A stretch of DNA of 64,000 nucleotides. Origin: Rhodospirillaceae bacterium. GTDB taxonomy: Bacteria; Pseudomonadota; Alphaproteobacteria; Rhodospirillales; Rhodospirillaceae. The notes beneath the pieces were generated by a model, which made no database searches, was not told where the DNA came from, and saw only the letters and a program-made list of their open reading frames with translations. The stretch spans positions 102,841-166,840 of the forward strand of contig JAVJSV010000007.1 in assembly GCA_040219235.1 (NCBI GenBank), read 5' to 3'. Position 1 is the first letter of the stretch, and every line of letters begins with the position of its first letter. Both the position numbers and the translations under genes were made by a program. Positions 44,675 to 53,634 of the stretch are shown here, one piece after another.

Positions 44675-45427
44675 TTACCATTCTAGGGGCGCGCCCGTGT
44701 ATTGCATGAACTCACCTGAGGTTTCCGGGGTGTACCAGTCAATCACGCTGCGCACGCCGGTGGCGCTTTCTTCCACTGAGATTTTGGGAATGTCGAAGGG
44801 CGCGGACATATCCGTATCGACCACGCCAGGATGAATGAGGCCGATGATCAGTCCGTGCTCGGCGGTATCTTTGGCAAAGTTGCGCATCAGCATATTCAAG
44901 GCCGTTTTGCTGGCCCGGTAGAAATAGATGTTGCCGTTGGTGTTGGCCAGCGAGCCGACAATGCTGGAAATGTTGATGATTTTCTTGGTGTCGCTGGCGG
45001 TGACGTGCGCCTGAAAGGCGGTGGCCATTTTCAGGGGCGCCAGTGTGTTGGTTGCAAACAGGGGAGCGGCCTGGTCAAAATCCAAACTGCCAATGCGTTG
45101 CTGGCCGGCGTCGCCGAGAATACCGGCATTGTTGATCAAAACGTCGATGGCAGTGCCGCGCAGTTTATTGGCCAGCGCCTCGATTTGGGCGTGATCTGTC
45201 ACGTCCAAGGCTGCGATTTGAACAGTATCATAGGCAGCGGCGAGTGCCTGCAGCGCCGTATCGTCGTCCGGGGAGCGCGCTGTGGCAATAACCGTCCAGC
45301 CATCGGCCGCGTATTGCGTGGCCAGTTCCAACCCCAGGCCACGGTTGGAGCCGGTGATCAGAACGGTTTTGGCGCTTGCGGAAAAACTTAATAATATCAA
45401 TAGGGTGGAGATCAATACCCTGATCAT
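44675..45427 (-). CDS. C-factor/sniffer-type classical SDR with Sec signal peptide (array copy 5)
   Basis: MIRVLISTLLILLSFSASA|KTVLITGSNRGLGLELATQYAADGWTVIATARSP...NNAGI...YRASK...TGAPLEW. Confidence 0.85.
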   Translation of the reverse strand: MIRVLISTLLILLSFSASAKTVLITGSNRGLGLELATQYAADGWTVIATARSPDDDTALQALAAAYDTVQIAALDVTDHAQIEALANKLRGTAIDVLINNAGILGDAGQQRIGSLDFDQAAPLFATNTLAPLKMATAFQAHVTASDTKKIINISSIVGSLANTNGNIYFYRASKTALNMLMRNFAKDTAEHGLIIGLIHPGVVDTDMSAPFDIPKISVEESATGVRSVIDWYTPETSGEFMQYTGAPLEW

Positions 45428-45506
45428 ACTTGAAGTCCTGTCGTGCGGTGTGGCGGTGGAAGACTGAGCCCGATGGTAAAGCCTGGTCCGTGGAGAAGGA
45501 AGCAGA

Positions 45507-46037
45507 TTACGCAGTCAGCGCTGTTTTCAGACCTAGGATGTCTTTGGCGCTCACCATAACCGCATAGCCTTCGGTTGTTGGGAGATAGACCACCGCTGTG
45601 AGGTCTGTGATGTAGCACCAGGCTTTCTCGTTATTCTTGAGCTTGAACCACCCCAATTGGAGCCGGGGTAGGCCAACACCATTGGTTCGCCATTTAGGTT
45701 TGAAGTCCCGGTCGCGGTCTGTGGTCAGATCCAGTGTTTTAAGCGCTGCGCTGTCGAGGGCCGTCAGCGGCACAGAACGTCCATAAAACGGCGCTTTCAG
45801 GATGAGGTGCGTCTGCGTAATCTCAAGAGCTGTGCTGCGACGGTGAAACACGAAAAGCCCAATAAAAGCGGAGACGGCAGCGATGATTAGAGTGGCAATC
45901 CAAAGTCCAAGACTGCCTGCCGTTGGGTCTGAGCTAAACCCCCACAAAACCGCAGCGTAAACGGTGCCCATAAACCCGAAGACCACTGCCCCTGGCAGCG
46001 GGCCTGGATTGGGGATTGCGAAGGTTCGGAACGCCAT
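45507..46037 (-). CDS. Hypothetical membrane protein (2 N-terminal TM segments plus a soluble domain)
   Basis: Track ORF trimmed to ATG 46037: MAFRTFAIPNPGPLPGAVVFGFMGTVYAAVLWGF...LGLWIATLIIAAVSAFIGLFVF, then about 110 aa soluble. I recognised no family with confidence. Confidence 0.55.
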   Translation of the reverse strand: MAFRTFAIPNPGPLPGAVVFGFMGTVYAAVLWGFSSDPTAGSLGLWIATLIIAAVSAFIGLFVFHRRSTALEITQTHLILKAPFYGRSVPLTALDSAALKTLDLTTDRDRDFKPKWRTNGVGLPRLQLGWFKLKNNEKAWCYITDLTAVVYLPTTEGYAVMVSAKDILGLKTALTA

Positions 46038-46217
46038 GCGATGGCTATACTCAGACTGTCGGTGCCGCTCTATCCTTAAATGGCGTGTTTCGCTTGCCAC
46101 TAAGACGCAGACCGGACCCTAGTATTAATAAAAACAGCTTCAGTTTGTTCGCGGCAGAATTTTTTACTTAAAGCGAGGTCTAAGTAAAAATAACTGCTGT
46201 CAGCTGGGTAAATGTAG

Positions 46218-47159
46218 TCACTGCTTCATGTGGGCCTTCAGGAATGCCTGCATAATGATTTCAACGGCTTCAGGCTTAACATGCCGTCCGTCCTTTTCTT
46301 GGAAGGCGCCTGCGCCTAGGATTTGAACGATCTCATATGAAGGAAAGTAAGTCACATTTTGGTATAGCGATGATACTTCGCCTGCAACGGCTCGAAGAAC
46401 TGCCTTACTGAGCGTATTTGCCGTATATATATCTTTACCAGACCAAGTGAGTGCGAGAGGAACTGGTGAAACTGTAAGAACAATTGGCACGTTTTTGCCC
46501 TTGCGATCTCGAATGATATCAACGACTGCTTTCAGATTGTCCTTATTATCCTCAAAAGAACTGAGATAAAATTCTGTCTGCTCAGCACCGCCGCCGCGCT
46601 CATATCCAGGTTCCTGGCAGGAAAAACGTCCGTTATCTTTCTTGCGCCAAACCTCAATCAGTCCAAGGGTAATAAAGAAGGCCGTCGCGCTATTAAATCC
46701 GTTGGTTATCGTTAAGTTTGATAACTCAATAGCGTCGAGCAAATCATTCTTAGATTTACCGAATAGGCTTCGTCTGTATGGATCCTGAAAACAGGTTTCC
46801 TGGCCCCACCAATTATCCTGAATTTCCCAGATGTCTTCGTCAGACTGTTTCCAAAGCCCGGCGCAGCGCTCAAATTCTTGATGAATTGTATAGGTATTAT
46901 AATAATTCATGTGGGGTCGATTGGGCAGGGTATCTATTAAATAGCGAGAAGGGTCAGTTTTGACCTGCTCAAACTCTGGCAGGCATTTAACGTTTTGATT
47001 TGAAAGCGCCTTACGGACCTCTTCCGCAAAACAACTACCGATCGTGAACACTCTGTCTTCGGCGCCAATCAGTGCTTTAGGTTTGATGGTGAAAAGATGC
47101 TCATTGAAGTACTTACTCCACATGAAATTACCAACTTGCGGAAATTCTATTCGTTTCAT
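46218..47159 (-). CDS. GSCFA-domain protein
   Basis: Contains the family-naming motif in VFTIGSCFAEEVRKAL near the N-terminus. 313 aa. Visibly AT-richer than its neighbours. Confidence 0.8.
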   Translation of the reverse strand: MKRIEFPQVGNFMWSKYFNEHLFTIKPKALIGAEDRVFTIGSCFAEEVRKALSNQNVKCLPEFEQVKTDPSRYLIDTLPNRPHMNYYNTYTIHQEFERCAGLWKQSDEDIWEIQDNWWGQETCFQDPYRRSLFGKSKNDLLDAIELSNLTITNGFNSATAFFITLGLIEVWRKKDNGRFSCQEPGYERGGGAEQTEFYLSSFEDNKDNLKAVVDIIRDRKGKNVPIVLTVSPVPLALTWSGKDIYTANTLSKAVLRAVAGEVSSLYQNVTYFPSYEIVQILGAGAFQEKDGRHVKPEAVEIIMQAFLKAHMKQ

Positions 47160-47363
47160 TCGGCGATTCTCATGTAGTAAAATTGTAAGGTTTCAGTCCT
47201 TAATTTATCGGACAGAACTCTATTCGTCCCCTTAAATAATAGGTAAGCACCGTCAATGTGCTGCGAAACCAAGGTTCGGGAGATGTTTTCTCACTTGCTA
47301 TGGAGGGGAAAGTTTACTGAAGTTCTGTTGCCAGCTTACTGCTTTGAGGGCATTGCTAGGGCC

Positions 47364-48926
47364 ATGAAAAAACATCTCAGTATGATTGCCGCCATTGTCC
47401 TTTCCCTGTTGCTTTCCGGCTGTGGGGATCAGGAGGCGGGCACGTCTTCTTCCGGAGTTCAAAACGACACCCTGCGCGTCGGAGTGCTTGGGTTACCCGC
47501 TATGCTGGGCAATCCCTATGCCTCGTTGAATGCGCCAACGATTTACACCTGGTCGGCGATCTTCGATGGACTGACCTATGTGGGCCTGGACAGCGTAGTG
47601 AAGCCGTGGCTGGCTACGGCCTGGGCGCAGACCAGCCCCACCACCTGGGTGTTCACATTGCGGGACGGCGTGACCTTCTCAAACGGAGAGCGGTTCACAG
47701 CAGATGCGGTGGTGAACGCGGTCGACTATCTGACCAGCCCTGAAGCCGTGACCGAGGTTGTGGCGCAGATGCTCAGTTCCTTGGCCAGCGCGCGGGTGAT
47801 CGATGACTACACCGTTGAGATCACGACCAAGGTCCCGAATGTGCTGTTTCCTCGCGAGGCGGCCAGTTTGCGTATTGTTGCGCCAGAGCACTGGCGGGCC
47901 TTGGGCCCGCAGGGCTTTGCCCGGGATCCGCATGGCACCGGTCCGTTTCGCGCTGCGGAATGGAAGCCGTCAGTGGTAAACATGGTGGCTTTTGAAGAGT
48001 CCTGGCGTCCGCCACATTTCAAAAAACTCGAAGTTTATGCGGTGCCGGAAGGCCCGCAGCGCATTCAAGGGGTGATCAGCGGACGGTTGGATGTGGTTTT
48101 GGGAACCATTCCAGATCAGATGGAGGAGTTGGAGGCTGCTGGGCATCAGTGGGTGAGCGTGCCCGGAACGGGAACCTATGTGTTTGCGTTGATCCTCAAT
48201 CCTGATCATCCCGCGTTTGGACCGAAGAATGCGCCGCTGACCGACAAACGCGTGCGTCAGGCGCTCAATCATGCGGTGAACCGTGAGGCGTATATTCAGG
48301 TGCTGCTGGACAACAAAAGCCGCGCGCCATCGCAGCCTGCGCCAGCCTCGGCCTTTGGCTATAACCCTGACTTGGTGCCTTACAGCTATGATCCTGATCT
48401 CGCCCGGGCGTTGCTGGCGGAGGCGGGATACGCGGATGGGTTTGATCTGACCATTGAGGTTGTGCCGGGCACGGCTATTCCCAACGGCGTCGCCATCTAT
48501 CAGCGCGTGGCGGAAGATTTGCGGGCAATTGGGGTTAATCTGGAACTCAAGACGTTCCCCATATCTCAGTATTTCAATGCCATCCACACCGGCGATTTTA
48601 AGGGGCAGGGTTTCATGATGGATTTCCCGACCGCGCCGCAAATGGATGCTTTACGGGGCATGAGACTTCATAGCTGCCTCTGGAAAACGCCTTGGCTCTG
48701 CAATGAGGCGGATCAGGCGATGATTGACGCGGCCATGGCCGAGCCTGATCTGGACCGCCGAGAAACGCTGACGCGTGAGTTGATGCGGCACTATCACGAG
48801 CAGGCGTATATGCTTTATCTGTTTGAATCGGTCGATTTTTATGGCGTGCGGGCGGGCCTCGAGGGCTTTGAAGCCGAGGGTCTGTTTATTCAATATGAGA
48901 AAATCCGAAGCGAACCCCTGTTGTAA
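47364..48926 (+). CDS. ABC-transporter substrate-binding lipoprotein, family 5 (peptide/nickel/opine type)
   Basis: Trimmed to ATG 47364: MKKHLSMIAAIVLSLLLSGCGDQ (lipobox LSGC). WVFTLRDGVTFSNGERFTADAV and LNHAVNREAYI are typical family-5 SBP blocks. Confidence 0.85.
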   Translation: MKKHLSMIAAIVLSLLLSGCGDQEAGTSSSGVQNDTLRVGVLGLPAMLGNPYASLNAPTIYTWSAIFDGLTYVGLDSVVKPWLATAWAQTSPTTWVFTLRDGVTFSNGERFTADAVVNAVDYLTSPEAVTEVVAQMLSSLASARVIDDYTVEITTKVPNVLFPREAASLRIVAPEHWRALGPQGFARDPHGTGPFRAAEWKPSVVNMVAFEESWRPPHFKKLEVYAVPEGPQRIQGVISGRLDVVLGTIPDQMEELEAAGHQWVSVPGTGTYVFALILNPDHPAFGPKNAPLTDKRVRQALNHAVNREAYIQVLLDNKSRAPSQPAPASAFGYNPDLVPYSYDPDLARALLAEAGYADGFDLTIEVVPGTAIPNGVAIYQRVAEDLRAIGVNLELKTFPISQYFNAIHTGDFKGQGFMMDFPTAPQMDALRGMRLHSCLWKTPWLCNEADQAMIDAAMAEPDLDRRETLTRELMRHYHEQAYMLYLFESVDFYGVRAGLEGFEAEGLFIQYEKIRSEPLL

Positions 48927-49011
48927 GGGAACGGGCTAAGGGCAAGCCCCCTCAGCCCGTTGTCCTTCGGGGTATTGAGCTATCGTAGCGCGTATGCCTA
49001 GGGATCAAGGC

Positions 49012-49440
49012 TTAGGCTGCTGTTTTTTGCCGCCATAGGCCGTCTTTAAAGCGTTGGATGATCTTCTTTGCCCTGCTGCCACTCATGGTCAAAGCATCAA
49101 GCTTGCCAGTATATCCAACGAACCCTTCAAGCATTTCGGCGGTGTGCGTGGGGTCAACAAACCCCATGGACCATTCTTCGTATTCAGGCTCCTCTACGTG
49201 GTCTTCCAGTAACAGGCGGAAATTACAATGACGCGGATCGCTTTTGATGCGTTTTAGCGTCTCTTTGACAGCGTTTTCGGGGCCTTCTAGGACTTGAAGA
49301 AATGAGCCTTGGTGATAGACCAGTATACCGCTGATCCCTTCTGTTGAGTTATTGCGTCGAGACAGAGCCAACAGTTCAGCCAGTTCTTGGCTACTGGGAG
49401 ACTGTGTTGCTGCGCTTATGTAAATGGTTTGAAGCATCAT
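49012..49440 (-). CDS. Short BLUF-domain blue-light FAD photoreceptor
   Basis: LQTIYISAATQSPSSQELAELLALSRRNNSTEGISGILVYHQGSFLQVLEGPENAVKETLKRIKSDPRH contains the conserved Y, Q and W/M-type BLUF residues. 142 aa, no output domain. Confidence 0.85.
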   Translation of the reverse strand: MMLQTIYISAATQSPSSQELAELLALSRRNNSTEGISGILVYHQGSFLQVLEGPENAVKETLKRIKSDPRHCNFRLLLEDHVEEPEYEEWSMGFVDPTHTAEMLEGFVGYTGKLDALTMSGSRAKKIIQRFKDGLWRQKTAA

Positions 49441-49585
49441 TCTGAGTCCTCCATTTAATTTAGCTTAACCAGTTCTATACGCAGCCGGAGAGGGCTTGGA
49501 TCATCAACAGAAGAATAATAAGAAAAACTATATTAAACAAATACTTAAATAATATTCCTCTTCTAATTTATTAGCATGTATATGC

Positions 49586-51151
49586 TTACATCTCACCGGA
49601 GGAGTAGCGGTTTTCGATGAACTGCATGCGGTCTCGCTCGAACTCGATCTTTGGCGCGATGGCTGTATTTGAAAAGTCCAACAGCACATCTTGCTCGGTG
49701 GTATGACGCGGCCAGTCGGGCAGGCCCGCCGCGTTGGGAGTGCCGGTCTTGGCAAAATTGACCCAATACGCGCTGATCAGGTTGGCCATTGCCCGATCTG
49801 AGTCTGATACCGGGTTTTGAGATGTCGCATCTATGGTTTTAAACACATAGGCTGTTTCGGCGCCGTGCGGCGCGCCGGGCATGGTGCCAAGCTTTTCCTC
49901 GAAGACGTAGTCGAAGCGATACAGGTAAGTCGGTTGATCTGTCTTTGCATGCTGCCGCGCCAGCCAGCGCTGAGAGCCAAAGAAGGTATCGAATTCCAGA
50001 TTGTTGAGGATGGTGCGGTCATCCACGTCGCCATAAAGCTCTGTAATCTCCTCCCGGCTGATTTGTAGGGCGTTCAGCAGCAAATCCGCCTTGTCCAGCC
50101 GCATCAGCAGGCTGCCTTCCCAACTGGTGGCTCCCGTAAGATACGGCACCGGATGCTGGCGGCCCTCGCTGAACACCGGCCCAAGGGCCTCCGGCAGATA
50201 AATGCCATCCACGGCGGGGTTGAGAGAGCCAAAGGCGGTTTTGTTCTGGTAGTCTAAAACCTGCTCCCAGGTGAGCGCCCGCAGCCCTGCAACAATCGCG
50301 GCGTCGGACTCCTTATCTTCAACCAGAGCCGTCGCCATGGCCGCACCTGTGGTTTCCAGAGATGGAGACATATAGCGATCTATGGAAATGTGTTTTGCTT
50401 TGTAGGGGCGCACATTTGAGCTTTGCGACATGGCTTTATGGAACAGACCTTTTGCGGCAGGGAGGCCCATCAGGTAGTTGACCGAAACGCCGCCCGCCGA
50501 CATGCCGAAAATGGTGACGTTGGCCGGGTCTCCCCCGAAAGCTGCGATATTGTCGCGCACCCATTCCAGGGCCCGGACCTGGTCTGAGAGATAGTAGGTG
50601 CCGATGGCGTCCTCCGGTGATTGGCGGCTGAGCGCGGGGTGGGCGAACTGGCCGAGATAGCCCAGACGATAATTAAAGGTCACCACGACCATGCCCTGTG
50701 TGGCCAAGGCAGAGCCATTGTAGACCGCCATGCCGCTGTCACCGCTGGTGAAACCGCCCGGCAGCATCCACACCATGACGGGTTTCGGTTCAGAGGCGGG
50801 TGTATTCAGGGTCCAGACATTCAGGGTCAGGCAGTCTTCCTGCATGGAGCGGTCGCTGAGGTCTTCGGCGTTGTAGCCGAGGCGCAGGGCTTGCGGGCAG
50901 ACACCGCCGAATTGTTCTGCGTCGCGGGTGCCCTCCCAGGCAGTGGGCGGTTGCGCCGGACGCCAGCGTAAATCGCCAACCGGCGGCGCGGCATAGGGAA
51001 TGCCTCTAAACACCTTGAGGTCATTTACCACTGTCCCGCGGACTTGGCCCTGTTGAGTTGTTACGGTAGGACGGTCTTGAGCGAGGACTGCGCCAGTGAA
51101 CTGGCTGGCGAACTGGCTGGCGATGGCGAAAACAATAAGCAGCGTCTTCAT
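49586..51151 (-). CDS. Secreted type-B carboxylesterase/lipase
   Basis: Signal peptide MKTLLIVFAIASQFASQFTGAVLA, oxyanion region WMLPGGFTSG, nucleophile elbow FGGDPANVTIFGMSAGG. Confidence 0.9.
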   Translation of the reverse strand: MKTLLIVFAIASQFASQFTGAVLAQDRPTVTTQQGQVRGTVVNDLKVFRGIPYAAPPVGDLRWRPAQPPTAWEGTRDAEQFGGVCPQALRLGYNAEDLSDRSMQEDCLTLNVWTLNTPASEPKPVMVWMLPGGFTSGDSGMAVYNGSALATQGMVVVTFNYRLGYLGQFAHPALSRQSPEDAIGTYYLSDQVRALEWVRDNIAAFGGDPANVTIFGMSAGGVSVNYLMGLPAAKGLFHKAMSQSSNVRPYKAKHISIDRYMSPSLETTGAAMATALVEDKESDAAIVAGLRALTWEQVLDYQNKTAFGSLNPAVDGIYLPEALGPVFSEGRQHPVPYLTGATSWEGSLLMRLDKADLLLNALQISREEITELYGDVDDRTILNNLEFDTFFGSQRWLARQHAKTDQPTYLYRFDYVFEEKLGTMPGAPHGAETAYVFKTIDATSQNPVSDSDRAMANLISAYWVNFAKTGTPNAAGLPDWPRHTTEQDVLLDFSNTAIAPKIEFERDRMQFIENRYSSGEM

Positions 51152-52161
51152 TGCTGGTTTTCCTGGCTGTGCCTGAAGGCGGCTTTGCCCTCAAGCAGGA
51201 GATCGTAAAGCCGGGCACCGTCGGCCCCGGTATCGTCGAGAATGCGCTGCAAGCCGCTGGCGGACGCGTCTTTCCATAGCTTGCGTTGATCTTCCGTCAG
51301 GTCGAAATAGGACATGCCGTTGGCTTCGCCCTGTTTGACCACGCCTTCTACGTACGCGCGGACATTGGGCCGTGAGACGTCCAGCTGGTCGTAGGACTCA
51401 ATCAGGGCGGCTTTCTGGGCATCGGTGGCCGAGGCGAGCCACCGCTTGTTGGCGAAATTGGCCCCCATCTCGTACATGCCTTTGAGGCGGGTGGCACAGC
51501 AGACCTGGCCGTTGAGGGCGTTATGCACAAAAACGATGTTGGACAAGCCGCCCTGGACCATGCCGGTTTGCAGGCCGGGCACCAGTTCGCCCAGTTCTAA
51601 GACGGCGTAGTCTGCGCCCACCGCTTCGACAAAGGATTGCAGAATGATGGAGGGCGAAATCCGAAGCGTCATGCCGTTGAGATCGCTGGGCACCAGAACC
51701 GGCTGGTCAACCGTATACAAAACGGTCCAGCCCACATCGGTAAAGTGAAGGACCTCGAGATCAAGTTCTGAGAAAAACTGACGGATGGGCTCGGCCAGAT
51801 AGTTGTCGAGGACGAAGTCGGCTTCCTCGATGCTATCAAACACGTAAGGGGCCAACAGGACGCCCATTTCTGGCACCAGCGAGGTCATGCCCTGGGACGA
51901 CACGCTGACGATTTGTATACGATTGCGCCGTGCGCCGGTGATCAGTTGCTGTTCCGAGCCGAGTTCGCCGCGCAGGTACCATTCCAGATCAAAGTCGGGG
52001 TTGCTGTCGATTTTTGATTGAAAGCTCATCCACTGATCCCACCAGACGCTGTCGGGAAAGGAATAAACGGCGACCTTGCCTTTGAGCGGGTCTGCCGCAG
52101 CCGGAACGACTGAGAGAAGGCCGACGATAACGGTGATAAGCGTGCTGAGATATTTCATCAT
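51148..52161 (-). CDS. TRAP-transporter DctP-type periplasmic substrate-binding protein
   Basis: Trimmed to ATG 52161: MMKYLSTLITVIVGLLSVVPAAA. GELGSEQQLITGARRNRIQIVSVSSQGMTSLVPEMGVLLAPYVFDS is DctP-like. Its stop overlaps the esterase start (ATGA at 51148-51151). Confidence 0.8.
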   Translation of the reverse strand: MMKYLSTLITVIVGLLSVVPAAADPLKGKVAVYSFPDSVWWDQWMSFQSKIDSNPDFDLEWYLRGELGSEQQLITGARRNRIQIVSVSSQGMTSLVPEMGVLLAPYVFDSIEEADFVLDNYLAEPIRQFFSELDLEVLHFTDVGWTVLYTVDQPVLVPSDLNGMTLRISPSIILQSFVEAVGADYAVLELGELVPGLQTGMVQGGLSNIVFVHNALNGQVCCATRLKGMYEMGANFANKRWLASATDAQKAALIESYDQLDVSRPNVRAYVEGVVKQGEANGMSYFDLTEDQRKLWKDASASGLQRILDDTGADGARLYDLLLEGKAAFRHSQENQQ

Positions 52162-52245
52162 CCCATCACAGTAAGTCGCCCCTTGGCGTGAGGCAACTGA
52201 GCGTGCAGAGTCCGGCACTCAGTTTTTGAAAATGAGGAGCCGCGC

Positions 52246-52965
52246 ATGCCGACTGTTTTAATTACCGGAGCCAACCGGGGGATCGGTCTGGAGTTTACGC
52301 GCCAATATGCCGCCGACGGCTGGACCGTGATTGCCTGTTGCCGCGCCCCGGACGGCGACAGCGCGGCAGATCTCAGGTCTATCGCCGAGACGGCTGGGGG
52401 CCGGGTGTCGATCGAGACGATGGATATGCTGGATCATGGCTCCATCGACGCGGTTGCCAAAAAATACGCGGGCACGGCCATCGACGTGCTGTTGAACAAC
52501 GCGGGCATTATCGGGCCGGTGCCGATACAAGATCATCTCGACGCCCAGCATTTCGGCACCATTGATTATGAGGTGTGGGATCAAGTGATTCGCACCAACA
52601 CGTTTGCCCCAATCAAAATGGCCGAGGCTTTTATCGAGCATGTCCGGGCGGGGGATCAGAAGAAGATCATTACCCTGTCCAGCACCGTCGGCTCGTTTCA
52701 GGAGGATGTGACTCCGGCATTTTGTTACTGCACCTCAAAAACAGCGGTGACCAAAGCCGTGCAGTTGTTGTCGGAGGCGCTCAAAACGGACGGCGTGATC
52801 GCCATGGCGTTCTGCCCGGGGCATGTCAAAACGCGCATGGGCGTTGGCGGCGCGACCGTTGAAATTCCCGATAGCGTGGCGGGCATGCGGGGATTGATTG
52901 ATGGGTTCACAATGTCGGACACGGGCACCTTCCGCCGCTTTAACGGCGACACGGTCGCTTGGTAG
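52246..52965 (+). CDS. C-factor/sniffer-type classical SDR, leaderless (sixth paralogue)
   Basis: MPTVLITGANRGIGLEFTRQYAADGWTVIACCRAP...NNAGI...YCTSK...NGDTVAW. Starts directly at beta-strand 1 with no hydrophobic leader. Confidence 0.85.
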   Translation: MPTVLITGANRGIGLEFTRQYAADGWTVIACCRAPDGDSAADLRSIAETAGGRVSIETMDMLDHGSIDAVAKKYAGTAIDVLLNNAGIIGPVPIQDHLDAQHFGTIDYEVWDQVIRTNTFAPIKMAEAFIEHVRAGDQKKIITLSSTVGSFQEDVTPAFCYCTSKTAVTKAVQLLSEALKTDGVIAMAFCPGHVKTRMGVGGATVEIPDSVAGMRGLIDGFTMSDTGTFRRFNGDTVAW

Positions 52966-52986
52966 AAATTGGCGTGGTGACGAAAT

Positions 52987-53349
52987 ATGACGACGCTGTT
53001 TGATCCTGATCGAGAAGTTCCAGACGCCCTGAAACAGGGGGCGTTTCTGAGTGTGTTTGTGGTTCATGGCATCGCCGATGCGGACGCCTATGCGCGCTAT
53101 CAGGCGATCAGCGATGGTAAGAGCCGCAAGCCCAGTGTGTTCGGCGGGCAGGTTCTGGGATTTTCAAAACCGGCGTTTCGATTTGTTGGCCCCGAAGACG
53201 CCCATGCGGTGGCCGTTATCCGCTGGCCTGATTTTGAGTCGTTTAAAGCGTGGCGCACGCAGCCTGTGTATGCGGCAGAAGGTGTGGCCGACCTTCATGC
53301 CAAGGCCGAGCGCGAGAGTGTTTACTTTTTGCCATGGCTCGATGGGTGA
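52987..53349 (+). CDS. DUF1330-family (dimeric alpha/beta-barrel) protein
   Basis: FLSVFVVHGIADADAYARYQAISDG...FGGQVLGF...VAVIRWPDFESFKAWRTQPVY matches the size and layout of DUF1330 proteins. Confidence 0.65.
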   Translation: MTTLFDPDREVPDALKQGAFLSVFVVHGIADADAYARYQAISDGKSRKPSVFGGQVLGFSKPAFRFVGPEDAHAVAVIRWPDFESFKAWRTQPVYAAEGVADLHAKAERESVYFLPWLDG

Positions 53350-53634
53350 GAGTCAGATTGGCAAACTCTGTAGTGATTAAGTCTGACCATTGCCTTTTAA
53401 TATTTGAGTCACATAAGGCACATCAAAATATTAGAAACACCACGCGAATAAAACTGAAACTTTTCTTAGACAATACCTTAACTTGAACACCCCTTACCTA
53501 AAAACCATAACCCCCTGACTTTCATTTTGCACTGACGCGTTACCGCGACATCAGTGCGAAAGATTTCGAACGCAGACTTAGAACGCGGAGTCATGTGTTG
53601 AGTCATTCGAGCGTTGAGTCATTTGGGGATTATA

